Source: Octopus sinensis (taxonomy: Eukaryota). From it: a stretch of 64,000 bases of DNA. Both the position numbers and the translations under genes were made by a program. Positions 1-10,829 of this stretch are shown piece after piece. The notes below the pieces were generated by a model, which was not told the origin of the DNA, did not search any database, and saw only the letters and a program-made list of their open reading frames with translations. The stretch is taken from the NCBI RefSeq assembly GCF_006345805.1, contig NC_043024.1, positions 16,306,001 through 16,370,000 on the forward strand, given 5' to 3'. Each line of letters starts with the position of its first letter. Within the stretch, counting starts at the first letter, position 1.

Positions 1-394
1 GCATTGCCTCTGGAGATAAACAGGCAGAAAGCCTCAGCGAGTGGTGGTGTTAAGCCAGTGCTGCAGTGAGGTGGTGCTGAAGAAGAGACAAGTCGGAATC
101 GGTTTTCTGTCTTTATCGTTTCTGTGCTGCTACAATAGGAAGTAGATAAGTTAAGTTAATTTTTTGGCTCAAAAAGCAAAAAGCAAGGCCATGTAGGGGG
201 GCATGGAGTTATGTACAGGGTGATGTTCATGCAAAGAGTTCAGGCCATTTGTGGTCAAGGGAGACTTTGAACCGAGCGGTGATAGATAAACCTCATTAAA
301 CTGGCTCAAAAATTTCCCTCACTCTTATAAACACTCTTCATATATTTGTCCCCTTTTCACAATTCCCTGAACTTCTCCAATCATAAATAGCTTT

Positions 395-750
395 TTCATT
401 ATTGCCTGTCACAACTTTCACTGGAACATCATATATCTCAAATTGTGATTTAAATTTGTTTATGATTGGCCGTTTCCTATAATCAATGAGTCCACTGTTC
501 TAATTCACAAAAATGAGAGACTGGACATTCTTGTATTAAAACAAATCTGCTGCAGTTGTTGACTGTTATAACTCTGGCACTTATTTGAGTGGCGCTTCAG
601 TTTTGTCAGTTTCTTTGGCGCTAGAAACAATTTTCTCATTTGTTAACCAGTTCAGTGATGTCTTCAGACATCCCAGGCCATTACAAAAGTTTGCTTTCTA
701 TCTTTGGACATAATGTTTATGTTTATCACCTCATTGCCTTTGGAACACTA
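395..750 (-). pseudogene. Degenerate Ty3/Gypsy integrase fragment (zinc-binding region and start of catalytic core)
   Basis: Manual minus-strand translation with stops and shifts: VPKAMR..WPGMSEDITELVNK*ENC, VPEL*QSTTAADLF*YKNVQSLIFVN*NSGLIDY, IINKFKSQFEIYDVPVKVVTGN. These match typical Gypsy WPGM..C..C, AADLF and VTDNG motifs. Confidence 0.8.
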
Positions 751-756
751 GAACAA

Positions 757-900
757 TGGTGAGAAGCTTGTTTCCCAACCACATGGTTCTGGGTTCAGTC
801 CTGCTGTGTGGCAATTTGAGCAAGTGTCTTCTACTATAGCCTCAAACCAACCAAAGCCTTGTGAGTGGATTAGGTAGGCGTTAAATGAAAGAAGCCCATC
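757..900 (+). mobile_element. tRNA-headed SINE family A, 5' half
   Basis: Matches the repeat at 3315, 5076 and 52339 (GGTTCAGTCC B-box-like motif, CAAGTGTCTTCTACTATAGCC body, GAAAGAAGCCC before TA repeat). Confidence 0.85.
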
Positions 901-901
901 G

Positions 902-939
<38 letters not shown>

Positions 940-941
940 TA

Positions 942-1193
942 GGGAGAGTTTACGAAAAAACAATAGATGAAGACAGGTGGTGTACAAAACAAACAGATGT
1001 ATTAGTATAATGCTCAGGAATAGAAAAAGTCTTATACGTTTCGAGCCTACGCTCTTTGACAGAAAATGACACAGAAAAAACAAGGAGAGAAAAAAATGTG
1101 TGTAGTAACTAACGATCTATCATGCCGACTAGTGCCGGACAGAAGGGTCAAACACAAGGAGGAAAGTAGGGGAGATAACAAGGGGAGATAACA
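942..1193 (-). mobile_element. PLE-type terminal stub with decayed hammerhead-like motif (about 1035-1066)
   Basis: Minus strand CTGTCAA-AGAGC-GTAG-GCTC-GAAA-CG-TA. Stem II is intact but the core deviates from CUGANGA. Flanked by (TA)n. Confidence 0.5.
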
Positions 1194-1230
1194 TATATAT
1201 ATATATGTATATACATATATATATATATAT

Positions 1231-1683
1231 AAACAACTTATAAAAAAGGGCAAACGAAAAAATTTCTAATGCCAAATATGCCGAAATTAGACACCTTGTC
1301 CATAACCATATAATTTTTCACAATACGCACGCTACTCAAAAAAGGTCGACAGAAATTTCTAAAAAAATTCCATTATTACCATATCGGACCGATTTCAGGG
1401 TTAGTTCATAAGAACCCTCCCTTCATCAGTGATAATTGTGGCAAAGAAATAAATGAGATACTTACTCATACCCATGGAATTTTATATGATTGTTTATGAT
1501 TGGCCGTTTCATAAAAATTATATGGTTATGGACAATGTGTCTAATTTTGGCATATTTGGCATTAGAAATTTTTTCATTTGCCCTTATTTATAAGTTGTTT
1601 ATAATTTTAACCTTTAAAGGTATTTTTTTAATATGCTGGCCATTGATAAAATTTATTTTTAGAAAAAATTTTATCCTACATTA
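1231..1683. mobile_element. Non-autonomous PLE-like stub with inverted arms (1231-1317 vs about 1514-1600) enclosing a hammerhead
   Basis: Arms are reverse complements of each other. Related copies at about 8640-8775 and 44093-44283. Flanked by (TA)n. Confidence 0.7.
1370..1441 (-). ncRNA. Type I hammerhead ribozyme, canonical core, AUA cleavage triplet
   Basis: CCA-CA-ATTATCA | CTGATGA | AGGG..GTTC-TTAT-GAAC..CCCT | GAAA | TCGG-T-CCGA-T-A | TGGTAAT-AA-TGG. 7-bp stem I plus internal loop and 3-bp extension. Predicted cut between 1382 and 1381. Confidence 0.85.
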
Positions 1684-1714
1684 AATATATATATATATGT
1701 GTGTAGATATATAA

Positions 1715-1850
1715 CTTGGCGGTTCGGTAAAAGAGACCACTAGAATAAGTACTAGGCTTGCATAGAATAAGTCCTGGAGCCGAATTGTTTGACTAAAGGT
1801 GGTGCTCCAGCATGGCCGCAGTCACATGACTGAAACAAGTAAAAAAAGTA
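1715..1850 (+). mobile_element. SINE family A, 3' half
   Basis: GGTGCTCCAGCATGGCCGCAGTC..TGACTGAAACAAGTAAAA tail shared with many copies in the window. Confidence 0.8.
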
Positions 1851-2464
1851 ACTATTTATTTTTAGAATGACATTGTCGGGCTGGCGTGAGAGGCTAGATC
1901 TGGACAATTTGACCATAAAACAAGTTGAACATTTGGGGCTGGATATGGCTAGTTTAAAGCTAGAGGGTTAAGTTGACTTCTTTTCTAGAATTTGTACTAA
2001 TTCGGTCAGTTGACTGTTTCAGTTTCCATATAGTAGTTTTAGTGTCATTCCTCTGAAATATTGGTAACAAATCAATTTTATAAATCTGATTGTTTGCCTC
2101 ATGGGGTAAAGACATGTCATACTTCACAGGATTAATTGTAACAATAATTTTCAATTCTTCTTCTTCATATATTTTTCCAAAGTAATTATAACCCTGCTGT
2201 TTATACTTCTGCAATCTTGGAAGAACTATGTAAAGAATTTGTTCTTAACTCTTTTTCAATTTGACTCTAATCTATTCAGCAGGAATCAAAAATATGGACA
2301 TGTCTGTTACAGAAATGCCTGATTCAGATTTTGCCTTCCTCCATAGCCTTTGTTACATCAAAGTAATGCAGTTGTGGTGAGATTGAAAAAGCAGGGCCGG
2401 TTTAATGAAATACTTTAGTGTTCAAGCCTGCTATTGCCATGTATGTGATCTTTATCTGCAAGTT

Positions 2465-2622
2465 TCTTATTTCTTTATTGCCCACAGGGGGCTAAACATA
2501 GAGGGGACAAACAAGGACAGACAATGAGATTAAGTCGATTACATTGACACCAGTGCGTAACCATTACTTATTTAATCAACCCCGAAAGGATGAAAGGCAA
2601 AGTGGACCTCAGCGGAATTTGA
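2465..2622 (-). mobile_element. SINE family C fragment
   Basis: TTCTTTATTGCCCACA..GGACAAACAAGGACAG..CCCGAAAGGATGAAAGGCAAAGT; also at 17735-17970, 36775-36905 and 55855-55990. Confidence 0.75.
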
Positions 2623-2875
2623 ACCCTTTTTCTCTATTCTGCTTCATCTCGGTGGAATCTGGTGTCAGTGACCAGATCATAGAGTTTCTCTCAGAGCTTC
2701 ACTCAAGCCTAACCAATGAGCTACTGCAGATTTGGCTAGATGGGTTACCATACCAGATCGACAATGATTCCTGCTGGGATCAATAGGGAGAAGGTGGGGT
2801 TGTAGAGTATGAATATCAGAAATTTTATCAAGACCTGATTTTACTCTTTCTTTGGTTATCAGGGGTCCAACATAT

Positions 2876-3860
2876 TTAACCCATAAGCATTCATATTACT
2901 TTGCCAAATGTAATGCTTGTTTATTCACATTGTTTTGAATTAATAAGACATTGTCTGATAGGTGTGAGAGGCAAAATCTGGTTGGTTTGGACATAAACAG
3001 GGTGAGTATTTGGGCTGGATACGGCTGGTTTAACCCTCTAGCATTCAGATTACTCTCTCAAACATAATTCTTATTTATTCACATTGTCTTAAATTAATCA
3101 TGGATTATCCTGGAGCTTCAAGATTTCAATGATGAGATTGTTTATCTTTACAATAACATTGTAAAGTAGGTGCGAGAAGCCAAATGTAGCTGGTTTGAAC
3201 ATAAGGCATTTTGGGGCTAATATGGCTGGTTTAACCCTTTAGCATTCAGATTATCCCATCAACTGTGATGCTTATTTATTCACTTTATTTTGTATTAATC
3301 CTGCATTATCTCCTAGGAGTGGCTGTGTGGTAAGTACCTTACCAACCACATGGTTCTGGGTTCAGTCCCACTGTGTGGCACCTTGGCCAAGTGTCTTCTA
3401 CTATAGCCTCGGGCTGACCAAAGCCTTGTGAGTGAATTTGCTAGATGGAAACTGAAAGAAGCCCGTCGTATATATGTATATATATATATGTGTGAGTGTG
3501 TGTGTGTGTTTATACGTTTGTGTTTCTGTGTTTGTCCCACCAACATCGCTTGAAAACCGATGCTGGTGTGTTACATTCCCGTAACTTAGCGGGTTGGCAA
3601 AAGAGACTGATAGAATAAGTACTAGGCTTACAACAAATAAGTTCTGGGGTCAATTTGCTCAACTAAAGGCGGTACTCCAGCATGGCCACAGTCAAATGAC
3701 TGAAACAAGTAAAACATTTGCTTTGAGACTTTGATGATTTTATTTATTTTAAAAAAGACATTATATGATAGGTGTGAGAGGCTGGGTCTGGCCAGTCTCA
3801 ACATAAAACAGACAAAGTATTTAGGCTGGAAATGGCTGGTTTAACTGCTAAAGGGTTCAA
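2876..3860. mobile_element. Three tandem copies of a MITE-like element with TTAA-CCCTTTAGCA / TGCTAAAGGG-TT ends (piggyBac-like termini)
   Basis: Unit starts at about 2876, 3030 and 3231. The third unit is interrupted by a SINE at 3315-3714. A further 3' end lies at about 1850-1970. Confidence 0.6.
3315..3714 (+). mobile_element. SINE family A, full length, with internal (TA)/(TG) microsatellite
   Basis: A-box-like TGGCTGTGTGG, B-box-like GGTTCAGTCCC, body resembling the CORE domain (CACCTTGGCCAAGTG), conserved 3' half. Confidence 0.85.
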
Positions 3861-4139
3861 CTGGTCAACATGCAACTAAATTTTTTAAAATTCAAACCTC
3901 TGTAGATGATAAGTAATGCTCATTCTTTGACTGAGAGAATACCAATATGATATTCATAACCCAAATGCCTCTGTAACGGAAGAAAACATCACTATTGGAC
4001 ATGAAAGGCTGACCCTGTGCAAAACATTCAAATAACTGGGCAGGACCATCTCAGATATTGCATGACTGGACCAGGAAATCACATACAGAATGGGCAGAGC
4101 TTCAGGAGAGACTTAGAGCTTACACTGGGTACATCTTAT

Positions 4140-4635
4140 AGAGTTTCTACCTATGCCTTTTCTACAGATCAAGCAGGGCCATCTACCTGAAGGGATTTGT
4201 GGTTTGCATGCCTTCCTACTTATTAGGACTTTGGTTTTAGCTAGGTTGACTCTAAGGCCCTTCGATTCTAATCCTTGTTTCCACACTTGAAACTTCTCCT
4301 CTAGTTCTGATAGTGACTCAGCAATTAGAGCAAGGTTATCAGCATAGAGGAGGTGCCAGGGGTATCCTGTCTTGAATTGCTCCGTTATTGCCTAGAGGAC
4401 TATGATAAATAGGAGGGGGCTGAGGACTGAACCTTGGTGAACCCCTACCTCTACCCTGAATTCTTCACTCTACTTGTTGCCAAACTTCACCTTAGTGACA
4501 ACGTCCCTGTACATGGCTTGCACAGCTCTCACTAACCATTCATCTATCCCTAGCTTCCTCATTGACCACTAGATAAGGGATCGGGGGACCCTGTCAAAGG
4601 CTTTCTCCATGTCAACAAAAGCCAGGTACAGGGGT
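4140..4635 (-). mobile_element. RTE LINE reverse transcriptase fragment nested in another RTE
   Basis: LYLAFVDMEKAFDRVPRSLI..GVHQGSVLSPLLFIIVL..LLYADNLAL. Same family as 27945-29330. Confidence 0.9.
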
Positions 4636-4844
4636 TTAATATATATAGGGGTTTAATATATACAGGTGTTTAATATATATATAGCAGGCTTCAGGAGAGC
4701 CTTAGAAAAAACTGGCATGTTTCTATGCATGTCAAATGTAAGGTATACCAGGCTATAGTGCTTTCCTCTCAGCTGCATGGAGCTGAAAGCTAGACAGTCT
4801 ATAAAGCTCAAGAAGATGAGTTACCTGCATATATGTATATACTT

Positions 4845-5632
4845 TTTTACTCTTCTACTTGTTTCAGTCATTTGACTGTGGTCATGCTGGAGCACCACCT
4901 TTAGTCGAGCAAATCGACCCCAGGACTTATTCCTTGTAAGCCTAGTACTTATTCTACCGGTCTCTTTTGCTGAACTGCTAAATTACAGGGACGTAAACAC
5001 ACCAGCATCGGTTGTCAAGTGATGTTGGGGGGGGGGACAAACACAGACACACAAACATATACACATACATACATAGGCGCAGGAGTGGCTGTGTGGTAAG
5101 TAGCTTGCCTACCAACCACATGGTTCTGGGTTCAGTCCCACTGCGTGGCATCTTGTGAGTGGATTTGGTAGACGGAAACTGAAAGAAGCCTGTCGTATAT
5201 ATGTATATATATGTATGTATGTGCATGTATATGTTTGTGTGTCTGTGTTTGTCCCTCTAGCATTGCTTGACAACCGATGCTGGTGTGTTTACGTCCCCGT
5301 CACTTAGCGGTTCGGCAAAAGAGACCGATAGAATAAGTACTAGGCTTACAAAGAATAAGTCCCGGGGTCGATTTGCTCGACTAAAGGCGGTGCTCCAGCA
5401 TGGCCGCAGTCAAATGACTGAAACAAGTAAAAGAGTAAAAAGAGTAAAGAGAATATATATACATATATACGATGGGCTTTTTTCAGTTTCCGTTTACCAA
5501 ATCCACTCACAAGGCTTTGGTTGGCCCGAGGCTATAGAAAAAGACACTTGCCAATGGTGCCACACAGTGGGGCTGAACCTGGAACCATGTGGTTGATAAG
5601 CAAGCTACTTACCACACAGTCACTCCTACACC
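4845..5632. mobile_element. Minus-strand SINE A with a plus-strand SINE A (5076-5450) inserted in its internal microsatellite
   Basis: Minus tail at 4845-5050, plus copy at 5076-5450, minus head at 5460-5632. Confidence 0.8.
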
Positions 5633-6360
5633 TTACATGTATACCTGCATACTTGTATATGAAGGGACAGCTACGATGAATTATGAATATTATTCTCTTT
5701 GACAAGAGCAGAAGTGAAGAGATCCTCTGGCATGCCAGACTGCCTCCTACAATGAAAATCCTCACAGATAGAAATTTACAGTGGTTAGATCATGTACATA
5801 GGATGACCAACAACAGACAACTCCTTTATTCCCATCTATGCAAGGGGAAAAGAAACCATGGAAAACTTTGACTGAAATTCAAAGATACTGCAAAATGGAA
5901 CATGAAGTGGAAAGGAACTGATCAGAATAAATGGCAAAAGCAAGCAAATAAAAACTGACCAGTATGGAGAAAGCTTATCAAGTCAAGTCAAAGCCATGAA
6001 CAGTCATAGCCGTGATGACTGATTGCTGATAGAGTTATATATTATTAAGGACCACAAATTTTACTGTACATCTCCTGACCGGTTTTCTGACACTTTCTCT
6101 ATTCTGCTTCATCTCGGTGGAATCTAGTGTCAGTGACCAGATCATAGATCTATGACAACATTTGATGATGTTTAATAATATATATTATGATAACAAAACT
6201 GGTGTAATGTGTGTTTTAAATGTCTGTTATCATGATGGCTGATGTAATTGTTTTGGTTTCAATGTACAATCTCAGATCAATTAATTCACCTACCAAACAA
6301 GTAGAAAGAAGTCCAGTACACACACACACACACATATAAATATATATATGTATGTATGTA

Positions 6361-7283
6361 TAGGGTGTGGTGAATAAACTGTCGTCTAAATTACGCAAAA
6401 ATGAAAATAACACTGGCATCTCATTTTAACAGATATCCATTTGTTCTTTTATTTGTTTCAGTGCTTTGACTGTGGCGATGCTGGAGCACCACTTTACCAA
6501 AATTGCATAAAAATATCTTGAAATACTAAAGAATAAATTTATTCAATAAAATCGCCATTGGTTTCAACCATGGCCTCCAGACGACTTTGGAATATCTTGC
6601 AACTCTTCTGGATGGTCTCCTTGTTCAAGTTGGTGAATGCTGCCATAATCCTTACCTTCAGTGCATCTTTGGTGTTTCAAGGAGTTTTGTTGGTCTCTTG
6701 CTCAACTGTGCCCCACACATAATAATCAAGGGGGTTGCAGTGTCGGAGTTAGGTGGCCAAACGTAAGGGATGATATGATCACAGGAATTGTCTGACAGCT
6801 ATCACTGGGTTCTCCTGCTTGTGTGGCATGGTGCAGAGTCCTGTTGCCAGACAGAGAGTCTTCCAGCAGCCACCTGTTAACCCAGGGCAGCACTACCTCC
6901 TCCAGGCACTTGATGTAGGCCTATGTGTTGAGTCTGAGGCTGTGTGGGAAGATAAATGGAGGTATAACATTGCCATCACTAGTGATCACTCCGAACACCA
7001 TGATGTTGACTGGATGTTTGATTTTTATCACTCTTGGTACATGTCCTCAGATTGATATCCAAACACTCTGAAATGTTCATATTGGAGCTTCCAGCGCAAA
7101 TGCCAAGCTGTACAGCATATCGTTTCCAAATTTCTGGCTGAGTGAATTGCATCCTGGTGCTGTTTCTTTTCACAGATGGTGCCCAAATGACCCTACTATA
7201 CTGTGTAGTCAACAAAATCAAAAACAATGTACGTGTGCAAAATTAAAAATATACAATAGTGACAATTTACACCTCACACCCTG
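6361..7283 (-). mobile_element. Internally deleted Tc1/mariner element, DD37D (maT-like) transposase relic
   Basis: KHPVNIMVFGVITSDG..WQQDSAPCHT..WPPNS..PLDYYVWG..SRLEAMVETNGDFIE. Imperfect AGGGTGTG..TAAA.TGTC terminal inverted repeats. Confidence 0.8.
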
Positions 7284-7607
7284 GATATATATATATGATG
7301 GGCTTTCAGTTTCCATCTACCAAAACTATTTACAGGGCTTTGGCCATCCTGAAGCTATAGCAAAAGACACCTGCCCAAGTTTCCATACAATGGAACTGAA
7401 CCTGGAACTATGCGATTGGGAAGCAAGCTCCATACCATTCAACCACTCCTGCAGCTGTGATTGTAACTGATTAATAACTGGATCTAGCTGATGTTTGTCA
7501 ATTAATTATCTTTCTAGAGGTAAGACAAATTTTTCATGCTTGTTGCACACACACATCTTTGCCAATATATACGCAGTGAAGCTTTACAATAGTGTCATAT
7601 TTGTATC

Positions 7608-8036
7608 TCTCTTTACTCTTTTACTCTTTTACTTGTTTCAGTCATTTGACTGCGGCCATGCTGGAGCACCATCTTTAGTCGAGCAAATCGACCCTGGAAC
7701 TTATTCTTTGTAAGCTCAGTACTTATTCTATCGGTCTCTTTTGCCGAACCGCTAAGTGACGGGGACGTAAACACACCAGCATCGGTTGTCAAGCAATGCT
7801 AGGGGGACAAACACAGACACACAAACATATACACACACATACATATATATATACATATATATACATATATACGACAGGCTTCTTTCAGTTTCTGTCTACC
7901 AAATCCACTCACAAGGCATTGGTCGGCCCGGGGCTATAGCAGAAGACACTTGCCCAAGATGCCACGCAGTGGGACTGAACCCAGAACCATGTGGTTGGTT
8001 AGCAAGCTACTTACCACAAAGCCACTCCTGCGCCTA
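7608..8036 (-). mobile_element. SINE family A, full length, inserted in one copy of a local tandem unit
   Basis: Flanks 7515-7607 and 8037-8100 are contiguous (TTGTATC-GATTGC) in the uninterrupted copy at 8375-8530. Confidence 0.85.
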
Positions 8037-8263
8037 TCGATTGCTATTTTCCAGTAAATATTGGTGCCTTGTTGTACCACTCACCTGTTTTTATATGTAT
8101 ACGTCTACCATTGTGGGGCTTTATTTTACTAGAAAATAATACATTTGTATTGCAATATTATTTTTCATTGAAAACTTTTTAACTGTTCTCGTTCTGTTAA
8201 CGGCTTGGAGTTAGGTGAGTATACTGGCATTGATGTGGCAACATTTGAAATCTTGTCTAGGTA

Positions 8264-8336
8264 AATGCAGCTGATGAAGACAGATCAAATTTACGTTGAC
8301 AAACGTATTTGAAAAGTCAGAAACTAGTCCTGCATT
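8264..8336 (+). ncRNA. Type I hammerhead ribozyme, canonical core, GUC triplet, long stem II
   Basis: AATGCAG | CTGATGA | A-GAC..TCAAA..TACGTT-GACA-AACGTA-TTTGA..GTC-A | GAAA | CTAG-T-C | CTGCATT. Perfect 7-bp stem I and ACTAGT palindromic stem III. Predicted cut after 8329. Confidence 0.88.
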
Positions 8337-8520
8337 ATCCGATTCTGGGTTGTCCATTTATCGAATGTTCTTCCTAGAGGTAAGACAAATTTTTCATGTT
8401 TGTTGCACACACACGTTTCTGGCAGTATATACGCAGTGAAGCTATACAATAGCGTCGTATTTGTATCGATTGCTATTTTCCAGTAAATATTGGTGCCTTG
8501 TTGTACCACTTATCTATTTT

Positions 8521-8560
<40 letters not shown>

Positions 8561-8601
8561 TATATATATACATATATATACATATATATACATATATATA
8601 C

Positions 8602-8634
<33 letters not shown>

Positions 8635-8868
8635 CTACTAATATAGGATGAAGCTTTTTTACAGAAAATATTTCATCAGAAAATGTCGCAGCATATTAAA
8701 ATACCTTTAAGGTTAAAATTATAAACAACTTATAAACAAGGGCAAAAGAAAATTATTTCTATGCCAATATGCTGATAACATATCTCCCTTACACCGGAAG
8801 AAATCACTTATTACCTCCCCTTATCTGGAACTCTTTCTTCACACTTCTCAACGTAAACATAACGATGT

Positions 8869-8908
8869 AAGAAATTTGAAAAGCTGAACGCGAAACCGGT
8901 CATTTCTT
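8869..8908 (+). ncRNA. Minimal type I hammerhead with U3-A8 core (UUGAAAA), GUC triplet
   Basis: AAGAAAT | TTGAAAA | GC-TGAAC-GC | GAAA | CCGG-T-C | ATTTCTT. Perfect 7-bp stem I and ACCGGT palindrome. Predicted cut after 8901. Confidence 0.78.
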
Positions 8909-9070
8909 CAAAAACTATGTCATTGTATGAAAAAAATTTATAACATTCTTCAGACATAATGACTCAAATATATATATTTTTAACCTTTTAAAACAAGCCT
9001 TCTGTAGTTTTTTCACTTTTTACTATTTTCTATATATACAACCACATGCTTTCACACACCAACTTTCTCA

Positions 9071-9108
<38 letters not shown>

Positions 9109-9856
9109 TGTATATGTATATATGTATGTATGTATATATGTACGTATGTATATATGACAGGCTTCTGTTTGTTTCCATATACCAAATCCACTCAATGGGA
9201 CTTCAGCCAGAACCAAGTGGCTGGGAAGCAAACTTCCTAGAATCCTGATGGTGCCAGGTAAAAGAGTACCAGGTACACTCTGCAGAGTGGTTAGCATTAG
9301 GAAGGGAATCCAGCTATAGAAACCATCCCAAAACAGACAACTGGAGCCAGACACATCTGTGGCTGACCAGCTCCTGTCAAACTGTCCAACCAATGCCAGC
9401 ATGGAAAACGGATATAGAATGGGGCATTAGCATGTGTGTGTGTGCAAACGCATAGGCCAGTGTGTGTGCATGTGTACAAGTAACCTTGTGTATGTGTTGT
9501 GTGGATTAATGTGCATTTTGTATATTTATGTATGTGTGTATGTATATAAGTGTATATGTGTGGTATATGTGTGGGTATGTGTGTGGATGTGTGTATATGT
9601 ATGAGGCTAATGTGTGTGCGCATGCATGCATGTGCAAACACTTGTGTTTAGCAGTTGATGTGTGCTGGCTCAGGTGGTGTGTGCACATGTGTATGTGTGT
9701 GTCTGTGACCATATAGTGTGCATGTGTATAGTGTATTTTTGTGGGTGAAAGTTGTGTGTGTTTATGTGTGTGTTGCATGAGTGTGTATAATTGTATGTGT
9801 TCAGGCATTTTGTGCTTTTTGGAGTGGATGCTATACATATGGGGAATACATAGAGA

Positions 9857-10440
9857 CGTGAGATGGGATGGAGTGGCAAGAGATAGGGGTTAGGAGGTGG
9901 GATTGGAGTGTGAGATGGGATGGGATGGAGTGGTGAGAGATAGGGGTTTGGAGGTGGGATAGGGTGTGTGATGGGAGGGGATGGGGTGACAAGAGATAGG
10001 GGTTAGGAGGTGGGATTGGAGTGTGAGATGGGATGGGATGGAGTGGTGAGAGATAGGGGTTAGGAAGTGGGATTGGAGTGTGAGATGGAATGGGATGGGG
10101 TGGTGAGAGATAGGGGTTAGGTGGGATAGGGTGTGTGATGGGAGGGGATGGGGTGGCAAGAGATAGGGGTTAGGAGGTGGGATTGGGGTGTGAGATGTGA
10201 TGGGGTGGCCACAGATAGGGGTTAGGAGGTAGGATTAGAGTGTGAGATGGGATGGGAAAGGGTGGTGAGAAAAAGGGGTTAGGAGGTGGGATAGGGGTAT
10301 GAGATGGGATGGGGTGGCCAGAGATATGGGTTAGGAGGTGGAATTGGGATGTGAGATGGGATAGGTTGGGGTGGTGAGAGATAGGGGTTAGGAGTTGGGA
10401 TGGGGGTGAGGGAAGGTTGGATAGGGATGAAGGGGGTGGA
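9857..10440 (+). repeat. G-rich minisatellite, unit about 55-60 bp, about 10 copies
   Basis: Repeats of GAGATGGGATGGGATGGAGTGGTGAGAGATAGGGGTTAGGAGGTGGGATTGGAGTGT. Confidence 0.9.
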
Positions 10441-10829
10441 ATGGGGTGCTAGTGTGTGGGTGTGTGCATTATGGTGTGTGGTGCATGTACTGGGTTGAAC
10501 AGTGTATAGGGGTGCTTGTATAGTGGTGTGTGTGGTGACACTATTGAAGAGTTGTGTGGGTATGTGGATAATAGTGTGTGGTGCGGGTACTGAGAGGTGT
10601 TGAGTGCTAGTGTGTGTAGCTTGGGAAGGTGTTTGCATGTGTGTGTGTAAAGGTGCTTTATAGTGGTGTGTGAAGTACTGAGGTAGGCAGTGTGCAGATG
10701 TGTAGGTGGAGGGGAGGGGCAGTTGAACGAGGGAGGTGTGTGGGAATCTGTGTGAGGTTGGTGTCAAATGAAAAGAAGTAGAAAGTTAAGCCCATAAGGG
10801 GTGAAGGGATGAAGAGAGAAGATTAATTC

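Larger units (their letters stand above)
4020..6020 (+). mobile_element. RTE-clade LINE relic (post-RT region), split by nested insertions
   Basis: Pieces: FK*LGRTISD..LDQEITYRMGRASG (4020-4117), KCKVYQAIVLSSQLHGAES (4688-4830), LR*IMNI..NLQWLDHVHRM..QLLYSHLCKGKRNHGK (5650-6000). Confidence 0.8.

Noticed and set aside
72-115. CTGAAGA..GGAATCGGTT hammerhead-like string
   Set aside because: No GAAA and no stem I pairing.
1960-2460. Minus-strand frame QKYKQQGYNYFGKIYEEEELKIIVTINP..
   Set aside because: In-frame stops upstream, no recognisable motif or splice sites; possibly a decayed unknown gene or TE.
3315-3400. tRNA-like heads of SINEs as tRNA genes
   Set aside because: Only A/B-box-like motifs; no cloverleaf or anticodon arm can be supported.
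7515-7525. AG|GTAAGA splice-donor-like site (also 8375-8385)
   Set aside because: Lies within a repeated HHR unit and has no upstream open exon.
8645-8690. CTGATGA on the minus strand in a relative of the 1231 family
   Set aside because: No stem II and no GAAA in register.
9880-10400. Telomere-like GTTAGG
   Set aside because: One motif per long unit, not a tandem TTAGGG array.
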